Positions 41,001 through 53,900 of a DNA stretch of 64,000 nt are shown in pieces. The notes beneath the pieces were generated by a model, which was not told the DNA's origin, ran no database searches, and was given only the letters and a program-made list of their open reading frames with translations. How positions within the stretch are numbered: position 1 is the first letter of the stretch; the number at the start of each line of letters is the position of its first letter. A program made the position numbers and the translations under genes. Source of the stretch: Paragordius varius (taxonomy: Eukaryota > Animalia > Nematomorpha); assembly GCA_964247055.1 (NCBI GenBank), contig OZ176056.1, positions 8,928,001-8,992,000 on the forward strand. Direction: 5' to 3'.

Positions 41001-41997
41001 AGAGTAATACAAAATAACCTTATGTTATTTTAGTTAGAGTTTGATCATGTTTTGAAAGTTATTCGATTTTTGTTTCTTTTAAGTGTCAGTTTAATCTATT
41101 TTTTGGACAAAATTGTTTTTAATAAGGTTATAAATAATTAAGTAATGTGTTATACCAACTAAAAAATCTAAAAAATATTCAAAGTATATTGCGTCAGGGT
41201 GTAAAATATCTGGTTATTTTAGATTAGGCTATTTTTCATCAATTGATGTTTATAGAAAATAAACTTTAATCCATTTAAAATTTCCTTTCAAGGATAAATA
41301 TATAAGGGCTTTTAAAATTTTAATCCATGTACTAAAAAAATGTCACACAAAATTAAATAAACTAAAAATTTAATTTTATAAATATAAACTTTTCAGATTA
41401 TTAACTTTATATCAACGCATACTTTACAATGCTCAAAATGGGCAAACTCCATAATAAACGGCTTTTATTGAATGTCAAAAAATATTTAAGCAAGTTTTTA
41501 TAACTTAATTATCTTGTTTTCACTCAATTAAACATAACATTTAGCGATTGCGTAGATATTATTTAAGATGGTAACGAATAATATACGTTTCAGCTTTGTA
41601 TGGCGTATTTTATTATTATTACGAATTTAATATATATGTTATAGAGCTGTAAAATTACAATTTTTTTTTTATACTACCTATTATCAACAATATTAACATG
41701 ATAATATATTGCATATAATTTCGCCCGGAAATAAATTGATGAACAATTTAACAATAACAAATCTAAAAACATTTACTTTAATATTGATTGCTGACCTAAG
41801 TTTCGCCTTATTTCTAATGTACATTCTTTGATTTACGCATGTATAATAGATAGTGTAATAAAAACTACACGTCTGAGCTACCTGATAAATAGGGTATTGA
41901 TATTTAACATATATATATATATTATATAAAGGGTAGTAAAAATAATATTAATAATAACAATTTTTTTATTTCCTATTTTTTAAAATCAGAAATAACC

Positions 41998-44900
41998 ATG
42001 TTAAATTTATATAACTTAAGCCCTTTACTTTGGGTCGTAATATATGTATCTCATGTAATGTCTAATGATATATTGGCACAGAAAGGCGCAATAGTTGAAA
42101 ATTATCCTATGGAATTCAATTATTATTCTATTAATAATACGACTGAGTTATCTAATCAAAAGTATCTCCAATTATTTTTAAATGTTTCCGCTATCGAAGC
42201 ATGGGAAAAAATTTGTTTCACACCTTTAATGCTAATCCAAAGTGATTCAAAATCGAAATGTCAGGTATAAAAGAAAATTTCTTTTGGCTAAAATAAATTT
42301 TTGATTTGATTTATAAAAAAAATTATTTTTTTTTGGCATTACAGAACAATAGTGGCCACATCAATGATTCCCAATTCCAAATTGCAGGGGATAACATTTA
42401 TCATTTTCAAATCTATACTGATTCTGACCGTTACATATCCAAAATTATAAGTAATTTATTTAACATTTTTTGAATCTTATAATTGTCATAAATATTTTTA
42501 CTACATTTCTTAATACTTTTATTTATAGATACCGCAAGAAGTAGCAAGCCTTTTAAAAACCATACTCCGATCTCCCAAATAGCCTTTTTCCGAAATGACA
42601 ACACAACGATAGTTACTTTGTCTGAAGCTTTTCATGAACAGAAATCACAACTATTAATTTACGTTGAAGATAAAACTAACTCACTCAATGCCATATACTA
42701 CTTTGTAAGTTTTTTGTTTTTAAATACACAAATATTCGCAGAAAGTATGATACTGTCTCGTATTTAACAGTCTTACTTAAAAAAATTAAGACTTTATATA
42801 TCTAGAAATACATAATTTTTGATGTGAAAATAAGTTTATATATCCAAGAAGTAAAATTTTATTTTTCAAAAATTTTTTTTGTAAAATACAGTAAAAACTG
42901 AAATTATACGGACAAAACGTAAAAATATAAAGACAAATTTTTTTTTCTAAAACACTACCATAGTTTTCAAATCATGATTTATTTCTAAATAGCATATTGT
43001 TTTAATTGACCAAGTGTGAAATAGAGATATAAATGATTAACACAATCATTTCCATATATTACAATTGTAACTAAATAGCTTATATTAGAAAAATTACGGT
43101 TTAAAAAATATGGCTGTCTTGTAGAAATATCTGTCTTCGTATTATTACGTTTTGTCCTTATAATTTAAATTTTTACTGTAATTATTTTGATAAAATATTT
43201 AGAGTTGTTAAAGAACACATTCTTGACAGCAAACATTTTTTTAATATATTGTTATGTTATAAAAATTAAGCTCACAAGCATTTAATGTTGTTAATTTAAA
43301 TTTTATAAATTTTTCAGGAAAAATTTAGTGTTTATCTGCACACAATCCCAAACGCAACCTATAAAGTAGAATTGTGGAATTACAAAACATCTACATTATT
43401 GGAAAGACAAACCTATAGTAAGTTATAGGCCCTCCATAAAAATATTTTCTTTAAATAAATGCTTTATTAGGGGAAACTATTAAAATGTATACTAAAAATT
43501 TAGCATAAAACGGAAAATAAAACTTTTTAAACCTTAAATTTCCTTATTAACTATTTAATTAAAATTGGATAATATATACCATTTAAAGTTCAAATTCACT
43601 CTTGAACAATTCAAATTCACCCTCGAGCAATTCAAATATACCTTTAAACAATTCAAGTTCACCCTTGAATAATTCAAATTCACCCTAAAAATAAATTATA
43701 TGTTCTCTAAAAAAAATACTATATTTTAATATTGAAATGTTTGTTTAAAATTAATATATACTGAAAAAATAAACTACGTTATAAGAATATATTTTATATC
43801 AATGATGAGTTATATTAGCTGCCCAAAAACACATAATTTATTGTTAGGGTGAATTTAATTGTTTAAGGGTGAATTTGAATTTAAGGGTAAATTTGAATTG
43901 TTTAAAGGTGAATTATTGTTCCAGGGTAATTATGAATGGTATATAATTGATTGTAAAACTTACACCCACATACATCTCATATTTTGCCATTTTATACAAT
44001 AAATTTTATCGAAATTTATGAGTTAAATAGTAGTATAATTTTTTTATTTGTTAAAATCTTCATGTTTGGCACATGATAGAAAATTAAAGATGGTAAAAAA
44101 ACATGATTTTTTAAGGGAGAAGTTAGAAAAAAAGCGCACCTGATCAGATAATTAATTTTTGAATATTTTTTTAACCTAGAGACATGATCTAAATTTATGG
44201 CACAATTTATGCACAAAACTATTTATCAATTGAATACATATCGTATTTGTGTTAAAACGTTATTTTTGAATTTTATTGAACACTCTGTTACTATTTGGGT
44301 AGTTTTAGCTCCAAAAGCGATTGATATTTAAAAGCATTTAAATTAAGCAGAAATATGCTTTCTTTAGTCTTTGAGGCGCATTATGCAAAAATTTTTTTAA
44401 AAATTGTAAAAAATCATCAGCATAAACTTTTTTGTGACCATTTTTTATTTATTAAATTTTTAAATCAATAATGGAACAGGTAAATGAATAGATTAAGGTT
44501 AAAAAAACACTTTAATCAGAATTTGATATATTTTGAATAAATATCAGCTGATCGTCTCAATCGTGTTTTAGTGCTGTCCCGATTACTGTAAAAGTCAAAA
44601 CTGTATAATTTATTTTATATCCACTACATACGAACAATCTTTGATAATAAGTTAACTAAAGTAACTTTCTAAACTGTATTTTATTTACAAAATTGAGCTC
44701 TGGGATATAAAACCAACCCAAAAGGTAAAATAGGACAAAAAGGTGAAACGGTAATGATGTGCTAAATTTTTTAACATGAATATAAAATGAATTTTATAAT
44801 AAGTTATAGGATATTTTCAAAATATATCAAATCGCAGGGATTCGAGATACTTTGTAATAGTGAAGTTTCGATAGAGACAAATATTTGGTAGAATGTTTTA

Positions 44901-47900
44901 ATTTTGTTAATCTTTGTATTTTTTGATTTTAACAAATAACTCAAGTTGGAAAGTCTATATTGTAGCTGTAAGATATTTTTCAACATTGTTTGGAGTTTTT
45001 TTTTCATCTGGGCTTTTTTTGTTTTTTTGTGAGGGGTTCATGTAATTATACTAAATACAATTTAGGCTACATAATAATTTAATAGAATTGAGGATTATAA
45101 ATATATGGTATTCTGTAAATATTTTATAATTTATATATTATGTGTCACTAGAACCAACTAATGTGATATTTGAAATGGAAATGTACTACAATGAAGGCTC
45201 CCTTACCTATGAAGTATATTGAACAATGTTATAAATTAAAAATTCCAAAAAATCTTATAAGAAACGCTTGTAAAATCTATTGGATAAATAAACCATAAAT
45301 TTTTAAACTCCTAGATTATTTATAAAAAAAAATCCACATATTAATCAATATTTTTAAACATTAATTGTCATGTCCGATTTAAAAATTTATTATTATTATT
45401 AGATTTTGGGTAAAATAAGACCAGCTTTTTATTTCAATTAGTTTTACATAAATACTAAATTTCAGCAATAACAATATTTTAGAATGCAACGCTATTCCCC
45501 AATTAGTATATGCAATCATTTTTAATATATATTAAAAAAATAATTACTCCCCTTAAAATTACCATCAGTTTTTAGCAATTAACTTCACTTTTTTGAAGTT
45601 TAAATAATTATATTATAATAATATATTTAGAGACCACAACATACAGCAATTAACTCAAGCTTTTACATTCTGGAAAGAGATTCCCACAAACAACATCGTG
45701 TGGATAATGTATAATTTAAATATATTTTTAACATATAAAATCTTTTTATGATAGCTTTGATCACAAAATATTACTTAAATTAAACATTTATATTCAAACA
45801 AATCATTTTAAATAAAAATTATTTTTTATGTTATATAAGTCAGTCCAGAATGATCTCTAATAGATATTTATTTTATTAAATTACTAAAACTATTACCGTG
45901 ATTTGTAAGGAATGGGAACAAATTTGTCTGGTTAAAGGTAAAATTTCATTGGGATATCCAATTAAATATTTATTAAAAAGGGATTATCTAATTTTTTGTT
46001 AACCATATTCCTTAACTGGATTGGTTCTCTGCATTAATCAAAAAATAAAAAAATTCTTATATATTCTTTTTTTATAAATAATAATGTTTTTAAAAATAAA
46101 ATAATTTTGTGTTTGTAGGGACCTATTACGCGCCCGCTAAAGGATGTAGACATAACTATAGTTGAACACAAGGAAAACAGCCTTATATATAACCTTCGAT
46201 TTTATGAGGGTATACTTAAATTTTATCTAAAAACTATGGTTAAGTAAAAAAAAGATATTCAGTTTTTAACTTTTATTTTTAATTATGTATTTGGTTTACT
46301 AAAATGTGTCTGATATTAGACTAGGGGTGCCTAACACAAATGAAAGGTTGAATTTTTAGATAATATAAACATTAAGAACCGATATATTGGTGTATGACCA
46401 ATTTAATAAATATTCACTGGTTTAAAATTGTAATTTAAGCCTTTATCGAATAGATATGGGTAAATTAGTAAATTAATTTTTTTCAACCAAGATTTTGCAA
46501 ATAAAATACTTTTGCGGTGGAAATTTTATTTGTAATTTTTTAAAATTTACGCGAACAGAATAATTACATGACTTGTTTTTTTCTAAATATGAGTTTTATT
46601 ATTAATAATAGTTAGGGGTGAAATATCAGTTTTGTATTTGAGTGATAACCCTACAACCAGGATTCTAAAAACGATCCACCAATCTTTAACAAATTACAAA
46701 TGGACTATTTCATGGAAAGATACCAGAAATGAAACAACTAATAAAGTCACTTATAATGTAAGTTTATAAATACCTTTTTTTACAAACTAACAAATTTTAG
46801 TAAATCGTAATAATAAAATTATACCAAAACTAAAAGACATGTTTTATATGTAAATACAACCATTCTTTTTGAACCTGGTTAAAATTAAGCAATCTACAAC
46901 TTATTATACCACCCGAAGAGATGAGTTATATATTGAAAAATCAAAACTTTTATATTTTTACTGGTTGTCTTTTCAAAAAACATGTGTTTTAGTTTTTAAC
47001 TTAAGCCTACATAATTCTAATTTTTACTGTATGTTTTTAAGACAACGGCGGATCATATTGAAGTACAATTTCGAGCAAATACTGTTTACACAATCACTGT
47101 AGAATCAGAAGATTTCGAAAGCGAAAGGACTTATAGTATTTACACCGCTTTCTATAAAATTGAAAAAAAATTCAAACTTTTTTATCTATAATTTTAGGTC
47201 ACAATATGCTATTTATGTCAAATACCCATTTGGGCAACCTTATATATCTTTCTTGGGGAATGGATGTTCAAAATTCATTGATATTCCAACACAAAAGTCT
47301 CAATATTTTTGGGAATGATACAAAAAGCATTATGTACAAAGTAAAAATCTCATTAGTAGAGTTAAGATTGTTTAAATGGTTAAAAGGATTAGTATTAATT
47401 TTTTAAAAAATATAACCGGTGGTTTATATTGCGATAAGGGTTGAGGTTTTAACTGGTTATCAATACATTGCCAATATGAACGTGACTATGGGCGCTTATA
47501 AAAATAACCATTTATAAATAACATATGTTTATCATGTGATAATATCAATTTATATATATATGAGTTGTAAATTATAAAATTTTTAAAAATATAATTGTTA
47601 TCTTTTAAAGATGAGGAGATAATATAAGAAATGTGAAATGAACTGAATTTATTAGGTTTTTTAGGGTGTATATATAGCAATTTTGATTGTCCATGATTTG
47701 CATTATATCAATAAAATTTCAAGTAACAAAGGTTATGTATTTACATATAACACAAAAAATATAAAAAATAATACAATTCAAATACGGTGAAAGTTATGAT
47801 ATATAAGCAAGGTATGTATTTCACATTTGCATATAACACAGAAAAATATGATATAAAAATAAAGTATATCTTTCCGATTTGCATAACATCACTTCCCCCT

Positions 47901-50900
47901 TAAGAGAACCCGACCGGCTTCCGCCGAATTCTCTCGGGGTAACGACGCTCGTGCGGATTTTCATTGATATTGTCATTATTGCTATTATGTTATTATTATC
48001 AATAATGTTACCATTAATATTAGTGTTATTGTCGTGATCATTATCATTACTATTGTTTGAGTGACCGGTGTCGTGGGTGTGTCGACGAATCTTAGTTTGA
48101 AAGATAACATTCTATGTTATGTGTGTCGACGTGTTTCATTTGATCTCTGCCTGCCACCCTAGACCATTCCTTTGAAACTGGTCCAGGCGCACTGATATAC
48201 TATGGGCGCTGTAACGAATCTAAACAGTGTCCTTTTGTAACTGACACAAACTCTTATTGTTGAAATCGTCGAGGTGTAGCTTTAACTCGGCCTGGGGAGG
48301 TAGGCGTCTTACCGATCAATCCTATTACAAGTTTGTCCGCGCCAATCTTACTTACCCATCCATCAATTGTTGAATGATGTGGGAGTCCTCCCCAGCCATT
48401 TGTTGATAATGATTTCAAAGTTGCTATAGATTATTAGCCCGTTCGCTTTCAGTGCAATGGCGGTTGAACATTTTTTTTGGCAGTTTGATCTACATTCGCG
48501 AAGTGGTTGGGTTTTCCGCATTTGCAATTGCGGTTCCAGGCGGGACATTTGTTTGGCCCATGAACACTCCCATAACCCTTGCGCGAATGTGTCAGAGGTT
48601 GATTGTTGTGATCGAAAAATTATTACCATTGTTCTAATTGGTATTATCATTAAATTTTTTACTGGACATGCTGGTAATATTGGCAATTGACATTGTCATG
48701 GTTGTGGAACTTTGGACTCTAACTCCCCATCCGAGTTTGGAACCCGGGGGTTCCACTGTTGTGTTAGATTAGTTCGGATTCGCTTGGTTACTAGATATTC
48801 ACTTGAAGTGATGAGGGGAGATAATATAAGAAATGTGAAATGAACTGAATTTATTAGGTTTTTTAGGGTGTATATATAGCAATTTTGATTGTCCATGATT
48901 TGCATTATATCAATAAAATTTCAAGTAACAAAGGTTATGTATTTACATATAACACAAAAAATATAAAAAATAATACAATTCAAATACGGTGAAAGTTATG
49001 ATATATAAGCAAGGTATGTATTTCACATTTGCATATAACACAGAAAAATATGATATAAAAATAAAGTATATCTTTCCGATTTGCATAACAATAATTGATA
49101 ATTATTAATGTTGACACAATTATAATCAACTTTGATTTGGTTAAATATATAATACATTTTTTGATAGCTGATTTGTTTGGTTGGCCTATATTATTTTAAC
49201 ATTTCAGATTTTACGGCGAGAAACCTTAAATATTTAAATAATTACATATATTAATCTTTATTAGTTGTTGCTATTATTACAAAACATCCAAATTGAATAT
49301 AGAGACGAAAATACTATAAGACAAATATCTTTTAAAAGGACAGCCAAAAACTTGAATTTTTTCTTAATAACCTAGATGTTAGCACTTGTAAAGGATATGG
49401 ATGTGTAAATTTACGTCTCTATTGCCTTCTGCGACCAACCCAAAACAATAGATACCAAAAAATTAAGGTTTAATAGCTGTCATTTCTAAGATATTCGTTT
49501 TTGTCTTTATAATTATAATTAGCAATCTATAAGCGAGATCAGTTAACATTGTTTGACCGGCCAACCCAAATTGCGATCATTCTGTTAAATAGGAGTTACA
49601 ATTTAGAAAATATATCGTATAACATAACATTATTATTCAAACATAAAGTGGAACCATTCGTTGGAATTCAAGGCGATTACCATCGAAAAAAATTACATAA
49701 ATTGGTTGAATATGCTTGAAAATGACACATTGCTTGCTTCACAAACAACAGGTTAACTATTTAAAAAAGCTTTGATGTAAACCCGCTAATATTACCTAAA
49801 TAAAAAAAATGAATAATTTACCACTAATATGTATAATTTATTAAACAATATGTGTCAAAAAAGTTATTTCGGCATTCTCGAATAATCGTTTTTTAAAAAT
49901 TATCCAAAAATATTTAATTCATGATAATAACTACATTTTAATTACTTCATTTTTTCACATATTAGAAATATCAATTCTGCTTTTCAGTTAATCACACAAA
50001 ATTGTTGAGATAGTTTAAGGTTATATATACATATATAAAATTTGTCTTATTTATATGTTCCCTAAAATTAAAAAATATTATGTAAATGATATAAATTAAC
50101 GAATTCTTAATATAAAAGGTAAATATAGAATAAAAATTCAGACCCGTTCCTAGAGTGAAATAATTGTAAATTAGGTTATTTTTTATTTAAAATTCAAAAT
50201 TATATTCACTTAATAGAAATGCATAACCATAAAATAGCAACGGAACAGTTGATTTCGGGCTATTTATAGATAAAAACTTAATGCCACGATTAAATTCAAA
50301 TATGGGACAAAATTGTATTAAAATAGATAAAACTGCATATTGCCTTAAATTATTTTAGTGGCTTTATTCGCACAAACTTCTTTGGGCCAGATGATAAATT
50401 TATAATTAAATTTTAATTAATTCAATTGTATTGTACATCATATTTGCTATATTCTTCAATTTAAAAAAAAACTATTGTTGGCTTTGTGCATAAAATTGAT
50501 ATTTTCAAAAATCTTGCTTTATACTCAATGTGCTAATATTTTGATTAAACAAATTTTAAACATTATATATATATTATATGTATGATAGGCGATATTGACT
50601 ATAAAATACCACCAAACTTTACAGTTTTGCCCAATTGCGATGTAAGCATGCATGCTTTGAATATTCCGAACGCGACAATATATTACGCGTTTGGTTATAT
50701 GAATCAAAAAACATTGGAGGTATTAAATACAAATATTTTTTTTAATATTTTGACGTTTTTTTAACACAGTACAACAGTGTTTTGATTTTCCACAAAAGTC
50801 AATTGAATCAAAATTATATTTAAAAAATAAGGTTTGTTTTTGGTATTAAACAGATTTTCACTTTTATGCGCGGTTTTAGTGTGTCATATGTGATAACCGC

Positions 50901-53900
50901 CTAATCATATTTAATTTTTGAGTTTATTAAACTTTAAAAATAATTCTTTTTCACGCAAACATATTACATTAACCAAATAAAGAACAATGCAGGTTTATAC
51001 TGTATCAATTTTATTTTTAGGACATTCATTTCTGAGATATTGCAAAATATATAATAATATGAGCCAAAAAGCAGTAATTTCGAATCAACCATATAGCTTA
51101 CCAAAAATATTCATTTGATATAATGTGGGCTAGTTTTGCAACTTTTCCATATACAGCAAAATATTTTATTACTTACCCGTAAGGCTTTTTAACAATTAAC
51201 AAATTTAAAAATGATATCTCTCAGATCCATTCAAACAAATAACTGATATGCTAATAACTATAATACAAAGGAAAATATAAAACATACTAACATTTAGATT
51301 AAATAAAAAATCATAAAAGACCATAGAATTCGTTTAAAATTGTTAAATTAATTATTGCTTAAATAGATATTTCCCCAAAAAATTTAAAATAAGATTTGTA
51401 TGTAATTTACATAGGACTATATACTTACTACCATATTAAAAACTAAATTCAAAAGACTTTAATTTTAGTTTAATTCCTAAATACAGAATTCCACCTTAAC
51501 CATGAATAAAGAAAGTCTTAATGGGCGCAATGTAGAGTTAAAGTATGATCTTGGTTTTACCCAATTTACCCATGAAATGTATATTATGTCCATTAACTTG
51601 TACGCCATTACAAGTGAATACGTTTTAGAGAATATTGAAACGACGTGGCTTGCTGAAGAACAAAACTATTTTTATGGTAGGAATCCAGAAATAATTTCAC
51701 ATTCAGGGAATTCTAACTATTCTTCTAGTGGGTCAGAATTGTCAGGAGATAAAGACGATTCTGAAATTTCTGGTAAGTTTGAGGTTTTCTAAAATTTGTT
51801 AGTGCTAAAAAATATTTACTATATATATATATTATGATTGATTTCATTGTATGTGTTTAGGCGTTAGTGCGCCCGGATCTGGCATACTATCCCAAACACC
51901 TCGTCGTCTACCCACTATTGTTAAAAAAAGTATGTTTCAAACATTTTTCATAAAATTTTAATACTTTTAGACAAGTGTAAAATTTAGAAAACATGCATAA
52001 AAGCAACATCTTGATTAAAAATGGTTAAAATTTGCCCTTTCAACATTATGGATTTTTAGTTAAATTCTCAAATCTGACCGATTATATATATATTTATATA
52101 TGATGGCCGCGTCGCCACGCTCATAATAATGTTTTTTAAAAACTTATCTTGATTGCAGTTTTATATTGCCGAAAAAAATGTTAATTTTGGTCTTGTTTTC
52201 TTGTTGTGATCTAGAAATTTGATACGATATACCAACTTGTCTAATATGGTTAATATCCAATGATCATAGCGAAAAAATATAGTATTTCTTTGAAGAAACT
52301 ATTTATTAAATAAAATAATTTTTGTTTGATTTTTCGATGTTAGACAAATTAATTTGTCTAAATGGTAAGCAGTATAAGAGTTTGTGAAAGCTTTAACACT
52401 CGCATACCTGGCCAGGCCTGACAGTGATGATGGGATTTGAGCAATACAGTAAAAAAAGATAATTATTTTTTTCATAAGACAACCATATATTTTCAAACCC
52501 TGATATCTTTTATTTATATTTCATACTTTACTGTAAAATCGATTGTCGTTGAAACCCAATTAATAAATATACCATTTACACTTCAAATTCATCCTCGAAC
52601 AATTCAAATTTACCCAAAAAATAAATTATGCGATTTCTAACTAATATAACTTATTACTAATATAAAATATTTCTTTATGGCATAGTTTATTATTTTTTCA
52701 GTATTATTTTAATTTTAAACAAAATTTAAATTTTTCTAAAAATAATTAAAGATATGGGTAATTTTTAATCTTAAAAAACATATAATATATTTGAGGGTGA
52801 ATTTAAATTGTTTGAGAGTGAATTTGAATTGCTCAAAGGTGATTTTGGATTGTTTAAGGGGGAATTCGAATTGTAAATGGTATATAAATGATAAAAATTA
52901 AAGTTGAGAAACTACCAATTAATAATTTTCCGGTATAAGAAACTGAAGTTAGGGCGATTCGTGTAGCATTTTAACATTTTAAACGCAAAAGTCAGATATT
53001 GTTCCTTGTCTAATACCATAAAGCTTTTAATATATAATATTATGAGGTATTTGAACATTAAAAATTTAAATTATACGGAAAAAAGACAAATGTTTTTTGC
53101 AAAAAATAAAACTATACTTTTTAAATCTTTGATTTATCTTATATAAACTATTTAATACCAACAATGTGTTAAAATATAAAGTTTTATTCTCCATTTTGCA
53201 AAACGATGAGTTATATAAAAAAATCCTCAAGGTAAGCTTTTCATTTAAAAAAAATATATAAGATTTTAGTTTTACATTATGTCAGTATATTTACTGTAAA
53301 GGGCGTTTAAAAAACACATTTTTACCATAAAATAACGTTTAAATATTCTAACATTTGTAGACTTAATGGATGGCACACATTTCAATTTGTCTTATAAGGA
53401 TACTTGTGAATTTAAATACAATAATTTCCTTTGGATCGAATACAAAGAAGGACGTGAAAATGGTATAAAATTTAATACAGTAAAAAATAAAATTATTGAG
53501 AAAAAACTGGAACATAGAAAAAGGATATTCTATTAGGACAAACAACTATATTATTAAATTTAAGATTGATTTTTTATGAATGTGTACACTATTGTTTTAA
53601 GCGCGCATTAAAATGCAGTATTCAAAATAAATATAAGCCAATAATACTGCCCCCTTTGTTGTATTTAATATTGGCAGTAATTATAACTTTCTAGCAATGT
53701 ATACTTACTCATGCTGTATATAATTTGGTAAAACAATCATACATACAACAGTTGTTATTATGTTTTAAATTAAAAAATTTATTAACAGCAATGAATTTTA
53801 TATTTTGTAAACACTCCATTACTTTTTGGGGTAGTTTTATATCCTAGAGCGATTTAAATTTGAGTATCTTAAAAAATATTTAAAAGCCGAATTTAAAGTA

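Noticed and set aside
52420-52442. C-terminal ...SDDWI* as a PDZ-binding motif for the neighbouring MAGUK
   Set aside because: A phase-compatible donor upstream of the stop suggests the gene continues, no transmembrane segment was established, and the right copy reads DDGI.
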